Assembly: GCA_965203295.1 (NCBI GenBank)
Contig: CBDBCZ010000010.1
Span: forward strand, 128,001-192,000
DNA length: 64,000 nucleotides
Origin: Nitrospirales bacterium
Lineage (GTDB): Bacteria > Nitrospirota > Nitrospiria > Nitrospirales > UBA8639
Reading direction: 5' to 3'
The notes under the pieces were generated by a model. It was not told where the DNA came from, did no database searches, and was given only the letters and a program-made list of their open reading frames with translations. Below are positions 24,790-37,985 of this stretch, piece by piece (the first letter of the stretch is position 1; each line of letters starts with the position of its first letter). The position numbers and the translations under genes are program-made.

Positions 24790-27628
24790 CGTAAGTCAAT
24801 AGACGCCGTAGGGCAGAAAAAGTCCTTTCCGACGTAGCAGATGTTATGGGCACCGTCATGTAGAGGCGAAGAAGTTGATGTACAGTGGGTAACATCTCTT
24901 TGAAAATATTATTGCTGTTCATTGCTTCACAGATTGTTTGAATTGAAGTAACTTTCTTGACAAAAGGAGTACCCTTCTTGATTACATCTTGCAGGAGTGG
25001 TATGTGCCTGTTTAAATCTGACCAGTTGACATCATTTTTATAGCAGGACTCTGCCAACAGTGCTGTTTCATTTTGACAATCATCACCATTTGCTGCCTTC
25101 AGTAAGGTTTGCTCTATTGCTAACAGACGGAATGTGCTGGTCCTCAAATCTGTCTTCTAGCTCAGCAGATAGCAGATCACAAGCTTCAAAGTAAGTGTGA
25201 CGATAATATGCTCTTGCAGATGGATACACATGAGGTCCAGCCCCATCCTCAAATCGTGAAGGACGACGTCTAGACTTTGGTAGCTCTGGCTGGCCAATAG
25301 TATGTTGCTCAGCAATTTGAACTGTTGCATCATAGAAACGGTTGAACTCCTCCTCTGACCGTAGTCGTTGGTAGTATGCCTTTGCCGCATCAACTGCAGA
25401 CAGTGCATCCTGTATGGATATGTTCTTCTGCAAGGCCAAGGACACTTGTTCTGCTGCACAAAAAAGAGTGTGGGCAAGCCTAAGGCCAAAGAGAGAGTTA
25501 AATTTCTCTAGAGACTGCAGAAAACCACCAGCTTTCAGCCCATACTCGTCACGAGTGGTTGTGTGGATCTCTTCCAATGTATCCATCAAGAGAGGGTAGT
25601 CCTTGAGGATTGCATCAATTGCTGCAGTTCGTGCCATCCACCTGGTTGGACACAATGGTTTCAAACCAACCCCACTGCTGCTAGCTTCTAGGTTTGATGA
25701 GAAGAGATGTAATCTCTTAGGGGAAAATCTAATGAGGTCAATTATTCCTCTACAAATTTCTAGGGCATCCCTGAGAGGTACTAGCTTCCTTCCTGCGTCT
25801 TGCAGACACAAATTTAAAGAGTGAGCACAACAGTGTACAGGAAGTGCTGCAGGTTGCTCATTTTTAACTCATTGCACGCCGTAATTACGTCACGCGTGTG
25901 ATGCTCCACGCTATAATTTCTACAACAATGGCGTACTAAAAGTTTTAGCTCAGTGTTTGGCTATTTTTATGCTTACCAAGTCGAGTATTCAGCGAATTCT
26001 GCGTTGCACTTGTTAGAAGACTATCGGATACAGCCATTGAAGGCAAAAAGGGCGGCGGATTGGATCCAAGAAGGGCTTCAGGAGCGATAACCGGATACAC
26101 GGTAAGTTCGATACAAAACTGTTGTCTTCACGCTCAGGCAGCAAAGAACGATGGTCCTACTGAAGCCCCCGACTCTCCCCTGAACCAGTTACCATTGTAT
26201 CCGCCGGTGAAGTTGACTACAGAGCCCGACTAACTGTGCAGCAATGTAGGTAGCCATAGCTAGCCGTCTTGATCGGTTGTATATTTTGCCGTATGTATCC
26301 GTTCTATTACAGATTAGATCGACTTTCGGCACACTTACATCATTATTAGTAATCACTCTATTCAATTTTATGGCTAATAAAGGAAGGGGTTGCCCCTCCT
26401 GGCCGTACAGTTAACTTGCCGTTTCTAAAGCCACTATAGTGGCGTGTGGCGTAGCGGAAGGATTACGTAATATCCAGTTAAGTGGCGTACGGCGTGCAAT
26501 GAGTTAAATCGTTGCTACTCCTGTTCTTCTGCCCTGCATATTAGCAGCTCCGTCATAAGCTTGCCCTCGGCACAATGCTAGCGGGAGGTTACATCGGATG
26601 AGAAGATCTTTGATAACTTTAAACAAAGTTTCTGCCTTTGTATCAGGCACCCTGCACAACCCAATAGGATCTTCATGAACTTCATAGTTGTCATTAACCC
26701 AACGAATTGACAAGTTCAGCTGTTCTGTATGGATAACATCAGTAGCCTCATCTGCAATGATTGCAAACCATGCAGGGCCACTTACTTCCGTCATTTTGCT
26801 TAATAAGTTGCGTAGCACACTGAGGCCTAGCATTTCAATTAGCTCATTAACTGCCTGATGGCTTGTATAACGGTTTTCCCTAACCCAGCTTTTAACCACA
26901 TTGTTATCCTTACTCCACATTTGCAGAAGTTGCTGTAGGTTTCCCTCTGACTCAGTGTGGCCTCGGATGGCAATGCCCTGCCGAGTAAGGTACACAATTG
27001 CCCTTAATTGGGTCAAAAGTCCTTGTCTTCTGGTCATTTGAAGCTGTGCCATCTGAGAACTTATCTGCACTTCAATAGTTGGCTGTCCCCGAGCCATCCA
27101 CTTCAGCTTAGCCTCTCTGTGTACATGTGAGCCTTCATGCGCCTTGAATTTATCTACAGCTTTTCGCCAGTTCTGAAACCCAGTTTTGGTGAATGCCGTT
27201 TCTCCCATTTTACTAAAAGATATCAAATTGTGTTGGGCAGCATGACGACAATAAAGGCAGTATGCCTTATTGGAAGTAACGCAGACACTCACCCAGGGAA
27301 ATAGTTTGTACCACTGCGGCTGAAAATTCCCTTTCTTGTTAGTAAACTTCAGTAGTGTTCGCTTGTCAACGGGCTGAAATGCTCTTTCGGTACTGACACA
27401 GCACTGCGCTGTGCAGTTAGTGGGTGTAGCGGCTGTAGCCTCAGACATACTGTCCCCAATCAGTCCAGCTTCCTTCTCGGATGTGGTCTCTGCCTCATCA
27501 GCTTCACTCACGTCACTAGAATCAACCTCAGACCCACAATCGCCATCCTCTCTTTCGGTCTCGGTGGTTTCTCTTGCTTTTTTGGCTGGTATTGACCATG
27601 CAAGCAAAGTAGATTGTCTTTTCGCCAT
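24790..27628 (-). pseudogene. hAT transposase, interrupted by a MITE and frameshifts
   Basis: TTF zinc finger (FQPQWYKLFPWV..AYCLYC), DUF4371-like IIADEATD and GQAYDGAANM, HCCAHSLNL, LCPTRW, hATC PITSATSERTFSALRR. Confidence 0.9.
25868..26503. mobile_element. 636-bp piggyBac-type MITE, family A copy 1
   Basis: TTAA on both sides; TIR CTCATTGCACGCCGT; similar throughout to 40536-41171. Confidence 0.92.
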
Positions 27629-28629
27629 ACTAAAAAAAACTTGTCTCGTGCCTAACTAGCCATGTGCGCATGCGCTGTAAGCTTACTCTAATTAATGCAC
27701 AACAGAGCTAAGGGTCAGAGGTGATGCACAAACGCTCTACCCGAGACTTGTGCGTAAAAGGAACGAGGCGATATTGTTAAGTTTCGTGGGATAGCAGCAG
27801 GTAAAAGGCCAGCCTGGGTTATTTATTGGGGGTGGGGTGCTTAGCCATTCTGCCTTAGAAAGGGGGGGGGGGGGGGGCTCTGCCCCCCTGCTTTTGAAGT
27901 GGGGGGGCTCAAGCCCCCCCTGCCCCCCCTATATCTCTGCCCCTGTTCATGATCTTACAGCCAACCTCCTTTCTGAAGTCTGCCTCATCTGCAGTCGATC
28001 AGTAGAGAACCCCATAGAGGCGCTTTAGCCAATGTTGAGGACGGTGCTCGTCTGGATATTCTGGCAAACGGTTTCTGGGGGAGTTGGTTTAAAGGAGAGT
28101 TTTTTATGTTAGGGCTTTTAATTCTCACACTCCTTCAAGCAGACAATCCCAGCCTAGCCGCTTCCTACCGTCATCATGAAAGCCTAAAGAGCAAAACTAC
28201 GAACAGCGCACTTGTGAGGTGAAACATTGCTTCTTTACCCCATTGGTCTTCTCAGCTACATGTTGTCTTGGTCGTGCTGTAGCAGTCACCTATTGTCGCC
28301 TGGCGTCATTGCTATTCTCGAAATGGGATCAGCCATTAAGCGCCAACAGGACTGGCTTCTTGAGGACCTATTGGACACTCTTAGAGACAAGGTGGAGGAA
28401 ATCAACCAGCTGATTGCAGCCTCTCCTGGGCCACAAGGGAGCAGCAGATCGCAGAGAGGACTAAACAGCCCTACACCCCTTGAGGAGGAGGTATGTAAGC
28501 CCCGTTTTACGAATATCTATATATGGATGCATGAAGTGGTCAGACCACGCCCCCTGCAGTAAATACCTTGCCAAAAACATGCTGAATGAGGTTTTGGAGT
28601 ACAGTTGATAATTAAAGTAACTTGCTTAA

Positions 28630-29589
28630 GGTAGGAAGAGCCTCACCTTTGAATCCGTGTGATTCTCTTTATGAATAATGGGTGACGTCACTCACGTGGT
28701 GCTAATTAGATTCATTGAAATGTTTGCATTTTCCCATGGTGACAACCGGAATCAACAGGAGGGGTGTGTCACTTTAATGTGGATAGCAGCTCTTTTATAT
28801 GCGATATCGATCGGCACTTGGATGTGGTTGAGCAGTACTCTGATGTTGGCTTTCAATCCTTTTTTTTTAATATTCATTTTCTTTTTAAAAAAGGTAAATA
28901 TGACATTATACATTTGCGAGTAAGCTTTTTGTGACAGAATACGTACGTAGCTAGTGTGTTGTAGAATGTTTGTTAGGCTGCCCGAGTGCCTAGAAGTCAA
29001 CCAGACAGACGGATAGTAGCATGTTGTTGTCTATCTCTGGTAGGCTACAATAAGTGACTTTTCGGGTCTGTAGGCCCCACCTATTTTCTTAATTAGTTTG
29101 AAGTAGCTAGTTGTGTGAAAATCTATGGAGATTTGCAGAGAAAGCTTTGGTGGGTGGTTCTCAGAAACCGAGGGGTGAATGAAAAATCCCGTCCCTAAAT
29201 TTTCTGTGAGTAGGTTGAAGTTTGTAAGACAGGGCTCAAATTTGTTGGGCTAAAGTGGGTGTGGCCGAATTTTGTTTGAAAGTCAGGATAGCGCAAATGA
29301 GCGTTTTGGGGTGGTTGGATGCGTTCAGAGCTGTAACATTAGGCTTGAAGCCATCCTGTGAAAAAGCATCCCTACTTTTGTAGCCCGTCCTCTGTAGATA
29401 CTGGTGATGTCAGACTGTGGGTGAGGCTCTAGCAGATTCCAAAATTTGTTTTTTTTACGCAACCCGAAATCGCATTTTTGTTGATTATTTAGCATGTGTG
29501 GTTAGATGCAAAATTTTTGTCGATTTGAGGTAGACTTTCATGTTCTCCATTCATTTAAATCGTGGATTCCAGGTGAGGCTCTTCCTATC
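28630..29589. mobile_element. 960-bp non-autonomous Kolobok-like element
   Basis: TTAA TSD (28626-28629, 29590-29593); 19-bp TIR G(G/A)TAGGAAGAGCCTCACCT. Purine-starting ends with TTAA fit Kolobok rather than piggyBac. Confidence 0.8.
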
Positions 29590-31887
29590 TTAACTCTTTG
29601 CACGCCACAGGCTACGCCACGGGCACATTTATGTGCCCTTTGACCTTCCACGATCCAAGGGGGTATAAAACAAGAGGGGCTTCCCCAGAGCGCAACTCGC
29701 GGTATTGATTGCGGTACCTACATGACTGCCACATGTGTAGGCGTTACCTAGTGGTTGCAGCTGCCGCGCTAGGGCTTCCATGCAAATAATCAAAGTTTAC
29801 ATAGTATCTGAGAGCGTGTGCATGTGTACAATGGCAGTGTACAGTACAGAAGAGGCGCTGGAGGCAATCTTGGGAGATGACTTTGACTCTGGAGGTGAGA
29901 GTGAGATGAAAGAAGACCCATCATTCCCTCTGCCTAGACCAAGTGATAGTGAGAGCGAGAGTGAGGCCGAAGAAGACCCTCTTTCCCAACTCAGTGATGA
30001 GTCCCACTCTGATGGCGAGCAATTGCATAGCTTCAATGCCACCGATCCCGGATCTTCTGCCAGAAGACGAAGTAGCTCACCCAGGAGAGCTAGGGGGAGA
30101 GGAAGGGGGAGAGCTAGAGGGAGAGGGAGAGCTAGAGGAAGAGGTAGAAAGAGAAGCAGAGGAGGATGCAGGGGAAGGAGTAGACTCACAAGAGGTGACA
30201 CACAGCCAGGTACATGGAATTGGATACAGTATATAAGAGGTACTTACGATGTGATGCTTCCCTCACAAAATTAGGCCACTCCAGCAGTTTGCAATGGCAA
30301 CTGACGAATTCTGCCACAGATGTAGCACCCACACTACCAGAATTCACCAAGACACATGGTCCACTAGTATCCCTTGGTTCTGAAGCCTCACCGCTGGAAT
30401 TCTTCTCGCTTTTTTTCGATGACAGCGTCCTTGACCTGTTGGTAGAAGAAGCCAACTGGTTAGTAAGAGAATAAACAACATATACACAGACTAGACAGTA
30501 GAAGTATTATATACACAGACACACAAAATTACATGCATGCACACATACACACAGTTATGCCGATGAGAGAATTGCGACCTTGGTACGGCTGGATAAGCTA
30601 CCACCTCGTAGCCGCCTTCAGAAATGGAAAGCTGTGACAAGGCTAGAAATGAAAGGGTTTCTTGCAGCAGTGCTCAATATGGGTATCATCAAGCTCCCTG
30701 ACCTTGAGGCCTATTGGAAGACCTCGTGAATAAGTGAGATTCCGTTCTTCAGAACACTCATGCCACGAAATCGATTCCAAGAAATCTTTTGGATGTTGCA
30801 TGTGAGCCACCCTGATCCCAGTCTACCCGCTAAGAAGATTGACAAAGTCAAGCAGCTACTGCAGTTGCTTGTGCCAAAGTTTAGGGAGCATTACTACCCT
30901 TCTGAGAAGCTCGCAATCGACGAAACAATGATTGGTTTTCATGGTCGCTTTGGTGCCAAGCTGTACACACCAAAAAAAAACAGTCAAATGGGGTATCAAG
31001 TTGTTCGACGTGGCTGATTCCAGCAATGGGCACCTTCTCGACACCATAGTGTACACAGGTGCCGACACCCTTGATGATGCCCATCCAGAATTCGAGTCAC
31101 TCCCTCAGCCTGCTCGGGTCGTCCTGCAACTTATGCGGCATTACCTCGATAGCAATCACCACCTGTACACCGATAGGTACTACTCGAGCATCCCTCTAAC
31201 TCAGGCTCTGGCTTCTCATGGTACCAGTTTCACTGGGACAGTCATGAGAAACCGTGTTGACCTTCCAGACACCATCAGAGCGAAATCATTCTCAGTGAGA
31301 GCATATAGCTTTCAGGAGTGAGCAACTGCTGGTGAGTGCATGGAGAGCCAAAGGGAAGCAGAAAGACCTCATTATGCTCACCTCATCTAGTGCGGCCAAG
31401 ATGATTGAAGTGCCAGCAATGCATAACACCCAGCGAATGCTCAAGCCGGAGTGTGTTCACAACTACAACCACTCCATGAATGGAGTTGACCGCAGTGATC
31501 AGTACGCTGTATCCTACCCCTTTGTCAGGAAGACACGCAAATGGTGGCGGAAACTCTTCTTTTATCTCCTGGAGGTTTCGGTAGTCAACAGCTTCATCAT
31601 TTATCGTGAAGTAACCCGAAAAAAGACGACACATCTTGACTATCGCCGGTCTATTCTCGAGAGCCTGGCAACTGAGTATCTGGAGCAACAAGAAAGTTAT
31701 CGCACCTCAGTTGGTCGACACCAGTCACGACCACGTCCTGCCCGTCTGAACAAAAAGCTTCATCTCCTTGAACAGCGAGAAAGCCGACAAGAGTGCATCG
31801 TGTGCAGTGACAGGAGAAGCGGATCACGCCACACAACCACCTTTTTCTGTAAGACTTGTCCCGAGCAACCATCACTCCATCCCACTA

Positions 31888-33729
31888 CAAGGGGTGGTCA
31901 CTCCCATAGGCGCAGTAGTCGCAGCTAAGACCGGGGTCAAGAAGTGGTCAAAGGGTCAAGGGATGTTTCCAATGTCAGTCAAGCGGTCAAGACAAAATTT
32001 TACCTCGGTAAAGCGGTCAAGATGCAATTCTGGACGGTCAAAACTTTATGACCTGCCACATTAGAAACGCTGAAAGAGATAGACTGCTTCATGAACCATC
32101 CATCACTAACTTACTCATCACTCATGTCGCTACTCTGTCACGAGCATGAGCTATACGTTTGCCGCAAATGAACTCGAGGTTAGAAGAGACGATTGCGTCA
32201 ATGGATGATGTCACGTATAGCTCGCTAATGTAATTCCATTGAGAAGAATACGGAAGGTATATACAGTGGTATACGGTATCTGGCTTAAGTAGCTCTACAA
32301 CCTTAGAGGGGACGGGTTAGGATGCCCCTTCCAAAACTTTGGCTTACAAATACGGAGCTGTGCTGCAGAAGTTTGGGCTTGAATGCAGTGGATTCTCAGT
32401 GAGCTTGCAAAATATTACATGTGCTCGGTAAGGTAGCGGTTTTAACCACTCAGATTCTAGCTAATTTTCTTTGAAAACTGCTAAACTTACACAAGATCAC
32501 TTGCGAAGCGGCTATTATTGCTCCTCTCTGCCCGAGACAGTTTCTTTACAGCTTAGTTATATAGTTGCGTTCCACTACAGTGCACGTGATTGCATCCAAC
32601 CTGGAGCCCTCCTGGAGATTATGCTTTACAAGTACTTGCGCTCGCTTCGCTCGCGCAAGTACTTGTGCGTGTTCAACTCGCTCACTCTGTACAGATAGAA
32701 GTGAAAAGTGTGACCTCTATGTGATTTGCATGGAATAGTATAGCCTCTTCTGCCAATGAAGCAGTGCTTTTGACTAAGCCGCATGTCAGTTAAAAATTGA
32801 CTCGTCACAGTGGGGGGTAAGTATATAGTACGTGTGCACACTACATTTCTTTTAGAAGCCAAAGCATGTATTAAGTAATGTACATGTAGTATAGCTATCA
32901 TATGGAATGTGGAGCATCTGCCAGTGGCAGTAGCCTGATCGAGACTTTGACAGTAGTTTCTGCCTGAGCTATGTGGAGGCAGTAACTCAAAGGAGAGACT
33001 GCAAACAATTACAAAACCATACTCACATCAGCACATGTAGGCGCCAGAACTGACTCCATTTAATGCACATCGTTGTATTTTGTCTAGCGTAGCAGTTACA
33101 GCTGTGCATGGTTTGCACTTACAGGACTATACAGCCACTAACCTTCGCAATAGAGCGCGCTCGAAGTGCTGATTTGAGGCCATCATGATAATACCGTCGG
33201 CTGTCTGAGCATCCCAACGCACGCAGCGGTCGAAGTCGTCCCAGCGTGTGCAGCGGTCAAAGTACTAATTATCTATGTACACATATGATGACGTCACGGT
33301 CTTCTCGCGTATTCTCGCGCAATCGAGGGTGATGATTAGCCGACGTCACATCCGTTACACACGGACGGACGGACGGACAGAACTAACGTTAAAGTATTGA
33401 TTGATGATTGATGATGATGATGATGATGATGATAGTGCGTGTTATTTGGCGTTCTGTAGACGCGGACCCTTTTTAAGACGTCTATTGCCTACTTTTAGCG
33501 CGACTTGATCGAGATCAGTGCTTGCTAGATTTGCAGACGGTATTTTGCCTCGCGGCTGGCCTAAGATTGTACAAGGTCAAATGGTCAAGAGGTGTAGTTC
33601 TGTACGGTCAAACGGTCAAGAACCATTTTGAAAGACGGTCAAGCGGTCAAATAGTAAAATTGACGGTCAAAATTTTTTGACCCCGGTCTTAGCTGTGACT
33701 ACAGTGCATATTGGAGTGACCACCCCTTG
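31888..33729. mobile_element. 1842-bp non-autonomous DNA transposon, ~55-bp TIR, 5-bp TSD
   Basis: CAAGGGGTGGTCACTCC...GACCCCGGTCTTAGCTG...GGAGTGACCACCCCTTG; CACTA at 31883-31887 and 33730-33734; subterminal (C)GGTCAA repeats; removal restores HPTTCFERYH. Confidence 0.9.
32629..33400 (-). mobile_element. Non-autonomous Helitron-like element
   Basis: Minus strand starts TC next to an (ATC)n tract, has (GTCC)n near the 5' end, and ends in a GC-rich hairpin (GCGCGAGCGAAGCGAGCGC) followed by CTTG|T; no TSD. Confidence 0.65.
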
Positions 33730-34551
33730 CACTACTTGCTTCGAGCGATATCACACATTCGATAGGTACAAACTCTAGGCTTACATTATATGTACACTAT
33801 GGACAGTATCTATAATGACTTAAGCGCCAATAAAAACCTTGGCACAGCAAATCTCATCAACTCGCATACTGCTTTCACACTCTTACTACCCCACCCCCCC
33901 CCCCCCACACACACACATGCTCAAACACACACGCAAAGTACCTGGAACGCTCGGGTTTTAATTTGCTCCCTACAGTATCCAAAGGCCGCCTTAGAGTAAC
34001 AAAAGGTTTCTTCGCTACTTTTGTACTAATCTAGCTCTCTAGCTCTCTTGGCAGAACCCCAGCCCTTTCATACCAGAAATCACAAAGTGCTTACACAACT
34101 CACCAGTCAATCTTGGATAAATCTCGATGCATCCGCGACAAGACTGTCAGGTTCGCCTCAAAATGACTCTCGAAGGGTAGACACATCTTCTATCGCAATA
34201 ACTAAAGCCTCCATTTCTGTCCTTTTCAAACAGTCGGCAGTCAACGACGACGGTAAGTGACTCGATCGATATAGACGCCATTTCTACGCAGCGTGGTAAA
34301 ATTAATTTGGCGTAGGGCCATACCCTCGATTGCGTAACGTGGTGTGCAAAGAGTTAAACCCTGCAGCTAGCACTCTGTGCAGCAGTGTACAATAGCATAT
34401 AACTGCTGTTGCGAAATTTTGTAATTAATTACTGGTTGCCATAGTCCATAAGATTTCATGTGGGTCTTTCACTGCACATGTAATGAATTCTTGCTGTATG
34501 ACGGGAAATGGGCAGTTATAATTATACCTACTATATATACTGAAAACCTTA

Positions 34552-35640
34552 TCAATACTTTAACGTTAGTTCTGTCCGCGCGTGTGTGCGTCCATGTGTA
34601 ACGGATGTGACGTCAATCTAATGAACCTCAGTTGCGCGAGAATACACGAGAAGGTCGTGACGTCATCACAGTACACGCGCACTTCGACCGCTGCATGCAT
34701 GTGTTAAGATCACGAGACGCTCTGACAACCGACAGGATTATTACGACGGCCTCAAATGAGCACTTTGAGCACACTCTGTCACAAAGGTTAGTGGCTAGAT
34801 AGTCATGTAAGCATATACAGCTGCGGTAATCTGCTTAGTACGGTAGACAAAAAACGACGATGTGCATTAAATGGAGTCGGTGCCATTCGCCTGCATCCCG
34901 GTACATGTACGTACACATGTAGGCTATGGCTGTGAAGAGCTAGGTTTCGATCCTAGCTTACCGTCATTATTCTGTTAATATGCAAGCAACTAAATTTTCA
35001 GTTTTTGTTTGCGCTAAATTAGATTCATTGAAAATTCCTGGAATAGAATTTCTTGCGCTAGAATAGATCATGTGTTGTAAAGGAGTGGTTTAGTCGCTTT
35101 GAAAGAGGCCGGTTTTTCAAGAGGTAGGCTCAAGGTTTCAGAATTTTGATAGGCAGCAGGACCAAGAAGAGCCATTTGGTGACTTCACTGAGAAACAGTT
35201 GTTTTATCTAATAGTTTATAATGCAATTTACAAAGTATATTTCCTGGAGTTGTACTCCTCTTGCAATAGATTGGATTCAGCTTAAAATAATTAGTGATGG
35301 ACTTGCGCTAGATTAGATTCATAATAAATTCCTAGAATCACAATTTCTTGCGTTAAATTGGATCATGCGTAATGATAGAATAAAGACGGTACCTGTTTTG
35401 TTTTGTAGTTCTTTGCAGTCTCTACTTAGTGTTTAGCATTGCCTCCACATGGCTCAGGCATAGATTATATACGTCTACATAATATGCATATTACCTCAAT
35501 CTATAGCTCAGTCAGGAACATGTCAGCTACACTATAGTCTACTGTCACACGGTAGATGCTCAATAAAGTGCTTTGGCTGTTGAAAGAACATGGTGTGCAC
35601 AACACCCGCCACTTGAAGTAGAGGCACATTGAAGTGATTC
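34552..35640 (+). mobile_element. Diverged second copy of the Helitron-like element, opposite orientation
   Basis: TCAATACTTTAACGTTAGTTCTGTCCG and later blocks (34741, 34850, 35400, 35560) are reverse complements of 32830-33400; ~500 bp of extra internal sequence. Confidence 0.65.
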
Positions 35641-36039
35641 ATATACTGTGCTTTTGGGTCGTGCTATGGATGCATTTTCCCTCCAAGACTAGGAGAAGTA
35701 CACACTAGGCTTGTTTAAGCCTAGTGGTACCATAATTCCTGGCCCATTAGAGGGCAGAAAGTGAAGTGGACTCTCGACAACTACCTGCTTGCCCTGAAGA
35801 AAGTTTCAGCACAAACAAAGATTGGCATTGGCTATATCTCTTGTGAAGCATTTTAGAGTGAGGTCAGGATTGCCAAAAATTACTCGAATTCTGAAACGTG
35901 ACTGCATGCTATAACCTCCTTCATTAATAATAGCATTCATCTGGCAGTGGACTGTCAAAGGGCAAGAACAGTAAGCCTTGTAATAGAGGTAGCTGCAGAT
36001 AGGAATCTGGCTTTAGTTCAGGAGACAAAGAAAGAAGGA

Positions 36040-36181
36040 TGATTCGAGTACAGCGAAATTTATGCGTACGTGAAAGAGGGGACATATCCGAGTGACTACA
36101 GCAAGGAGGAGAAGCGTGCTCTTCACAAGCGAGCGAAATTCTTCACTGTGAATGGAACTACGCTGAACTACATTGGTGGTG
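36040..36181 (+). pseudogene. Isolated exon resembling the N-terminus of Ginger/GIN1-type integrases
   Basis: EYSEIYAYVKEGTYPSDYSKEEKRALHKRAKFFTVNGTTLNYIGG followed by GTAAG; no catalytic exons found. Confidence 0.5.
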
Positions 36182-36552
36182 GTAAGCAAGCTACTTATCT
36201 ACATATATTTCTGTGGCTCTAGATTAAGTATTTACGTGAACAATAATACACGGTGTAGGCAAAGATGGCCCCAGAATACTGGTAATATGGGGCCCGGGGG
36301 GGGGGGGGGGGGGTCCATTTTATCTTGACACCGGTACAAAGGCTGTTGCAGCAGGTGCTCCACTGAAGAGTGAGATAGAGGCTTTGACAACGTTTGTACA
36401 CACTACTATTAGCTGTGTCTGGTACAGAAAGATCACTCCCAAGTGTAAAGATTTTTGGGAAATGAAATAAATAATTCACAGCAACAGTCGTGGCCTCTAC
36501 AGATTAACCAACCTTGTTTTAATGATATATGGATCATTTCTAGAAAAAAAAC

Positions 36553-37985
36553 ACTGGAAAAGTTCCACAGTCTCTTCGTTGCTGATATCGGTGAGAATTC
36601 TTCTATCACTTTTCGAGTGGCAGCCATTTTAACGTTAACTCTCGCAGTTAAAATTATGCAAGTAAGAGCGTGCACGCGTGGTAATTGGCGAATGAACATG
36701 CAGTGGAACTACTTGCACTGCTATTACTACTGCTTAGCCCTTGGATAGTCCCAAACGTGAGTTCTATGGTATGTAGTCCTGTAAGTGTAATTACATGAAA
36801 ACAATCCAGCCTACAACTAACTGCTAGACAAGCCTAGCCCTGAGGATGTGCATTAAATAAGGTCACGATTCTCAGTGCTGTTTCAACGATGCCCCTTGTG
36901 GCTAGCTTGTGTGTTGGTTGCTGTGCACAGATAGCTACAGGCTACAGTAACAGTGCCATATATCGCTCACCACTGCAGAGTAATACATGTTGCGCACAAC
37001 CAGTCTACCAGCAAATAAAAAGCATTGCATACTTTGTCGCAAGTCATGCTATCTCTTGCTTGTGGTATGTGGGGAGATAGCTCCTGCTTGCAGAGCAGCT
37101 AACTGTTGTCTCAGCTGCATGCTGTTGGTCTAGCTTTAGTGCAGCTACCCTGTATCCATGTGAGGCATGGTCTATCACCCAGCTTGCTGTTGCACTGGCA
37201 TCCGTCTCACAAGAAGGCCACTATCATTCTTGGTCCCATGATTTAATGTGAAATATAAAAAGATAGCAGTGAATATCATTCCTCTTTATGTCCAGTGTAT
37301 TCCTTCTGGTTAACACCACCACCGTACCGCCCCCTACACTTAAAAAGAATCTCACTCTCTTGTCGCATATAGCATACTTCTCTGTCTTAGTGCACCTATC
37401 AGAATAGGTACCTTCAAAGTCTGAGATAGCTCTATAGGGATGGTATAGCAGGGGAAATCAGCTTTCCTGCATCCATAGCAGCCATGTCTCGTGCACCGGA
37501 GAATATACATTCTTGGGCCTTCCTCATGAATGCACAGGGAAACTTGCAGAGAAACTTGGGAACATGGTGAACATTAATGGTAATGGCTATATACATGTAG
37601 TACGTAGTTGCAGCAACATAGCCATGCAGAACCTAGAGAAAGGGATTTGGGTAGCACAAGTGTAATATGTAGGGTTTGCATTCTTCTAAGAATTTAGTAA
37701 TATACACTTGTTTCTCCGTTCACCCATATCAGTGATCACTCGCATCTCTGTTCATCCGAAGTCTTTACACTTGGAAGTGGGTTAGTTATATAAGGATCAT
37801 TTCTAGGAAAAGTTACATTGGAAAAGTTCCACAGTCTCTTCATTGTGGAGAAACCGGTGAGAATTCTTCTATTGCCTTTCGAGTGGCAGCCATTTTGATG
37901 TTAACTCTCGCAATGAAAATTATGCAAGACTACGCGTATAATTATAGTGTGTGCGCGTGGTATTGAACTGGCAAATAAACAATGG
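36553..37985 (+). repeat. Two dispersed copies of a ~160-bp repeat (36553-36710 and 37818-37985)
   Basis: TGGAAAAGTTCCACAGTCTCTTC...GGTGAGAATTCTTCTAT...TTTCGAGTGGCAGCCATTTT...GTTAACTCTCGCA present twice. Confidence 0.75.

Larger units (their letters stand above)
24698..27945 (-). mobile_element. hAT transposon with 5-bp TSD (hAT5-like), ZMYM1-like transposase
   Basis: CAGGGG...CCCCTG ends; TTCAT at 24693-24697 and 27946-27950; transposase pieces 26504..27628, 25083..25811, 24713..25147. Confidence 0.9.
24235..28335 (+). pseudogene. CRE-like non-LTR retrotransposon relic (RT plus restriction-like endonuclease), split by the hAT element at 24698-27945
   Basis: QVW*ADDA (WYADDA), YGYHVNTSKTWLV, EKGASNWLTA, CGDPFSMDHGLPCPEGG | HDLTANLLSEVC, ANVEDGARLDILANGFWG, FTPLVFSAT. 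Confidence 0.75.
29832..33778 (+). pseudogene. piggyBac (PGBD4-like) transposase with two introns, frameshifts and an insertion
   Basis: Introns 30210-30274 and 30459-30554; catalytic AIDETM, YTDRYY, GVDRSDQ; Cys-rich tail CIVC...CKTC..LHPT|TCFERYH split by 31888-33729. Confidence 0.9.
29594..34353 (+). mobile_element. piggyBac transposon 1, full length, with nested insertions
   Basis: TTAA-CTCTTTGCACGCCAC ... GTGGTGTGCAAAGAG-TTAA; encodes a PGBD4-like transposase. Confidence 0.92.

Noticed and set aside
27861..27930. G/C homopolymer runs as regulatory G-quadruplexes (also ~22960, ~36300, ~50550)
   Set aside because: Common in transposon subtermini and prone to sequencing error; no independent support.
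28323..28490. Possible host exon (…WLLEDLLDTLRDKVEEINQL…EEE followed by GTATGT)
   Set aside because: Isolated, no partner exons or family recognised; left unassigned.
29797..30236. Low-complexity antisense and alternative-frame ORFs
   Set aside because: Shadows of the acidic and RG-rich piggyBac N-terminal exon.
31883..31887. CACTA as an EnSpm terminus
   Set aside because: It occurs as a direct repeat on both sides and is part of the piggyBac coding sequence, so it is a TSD.
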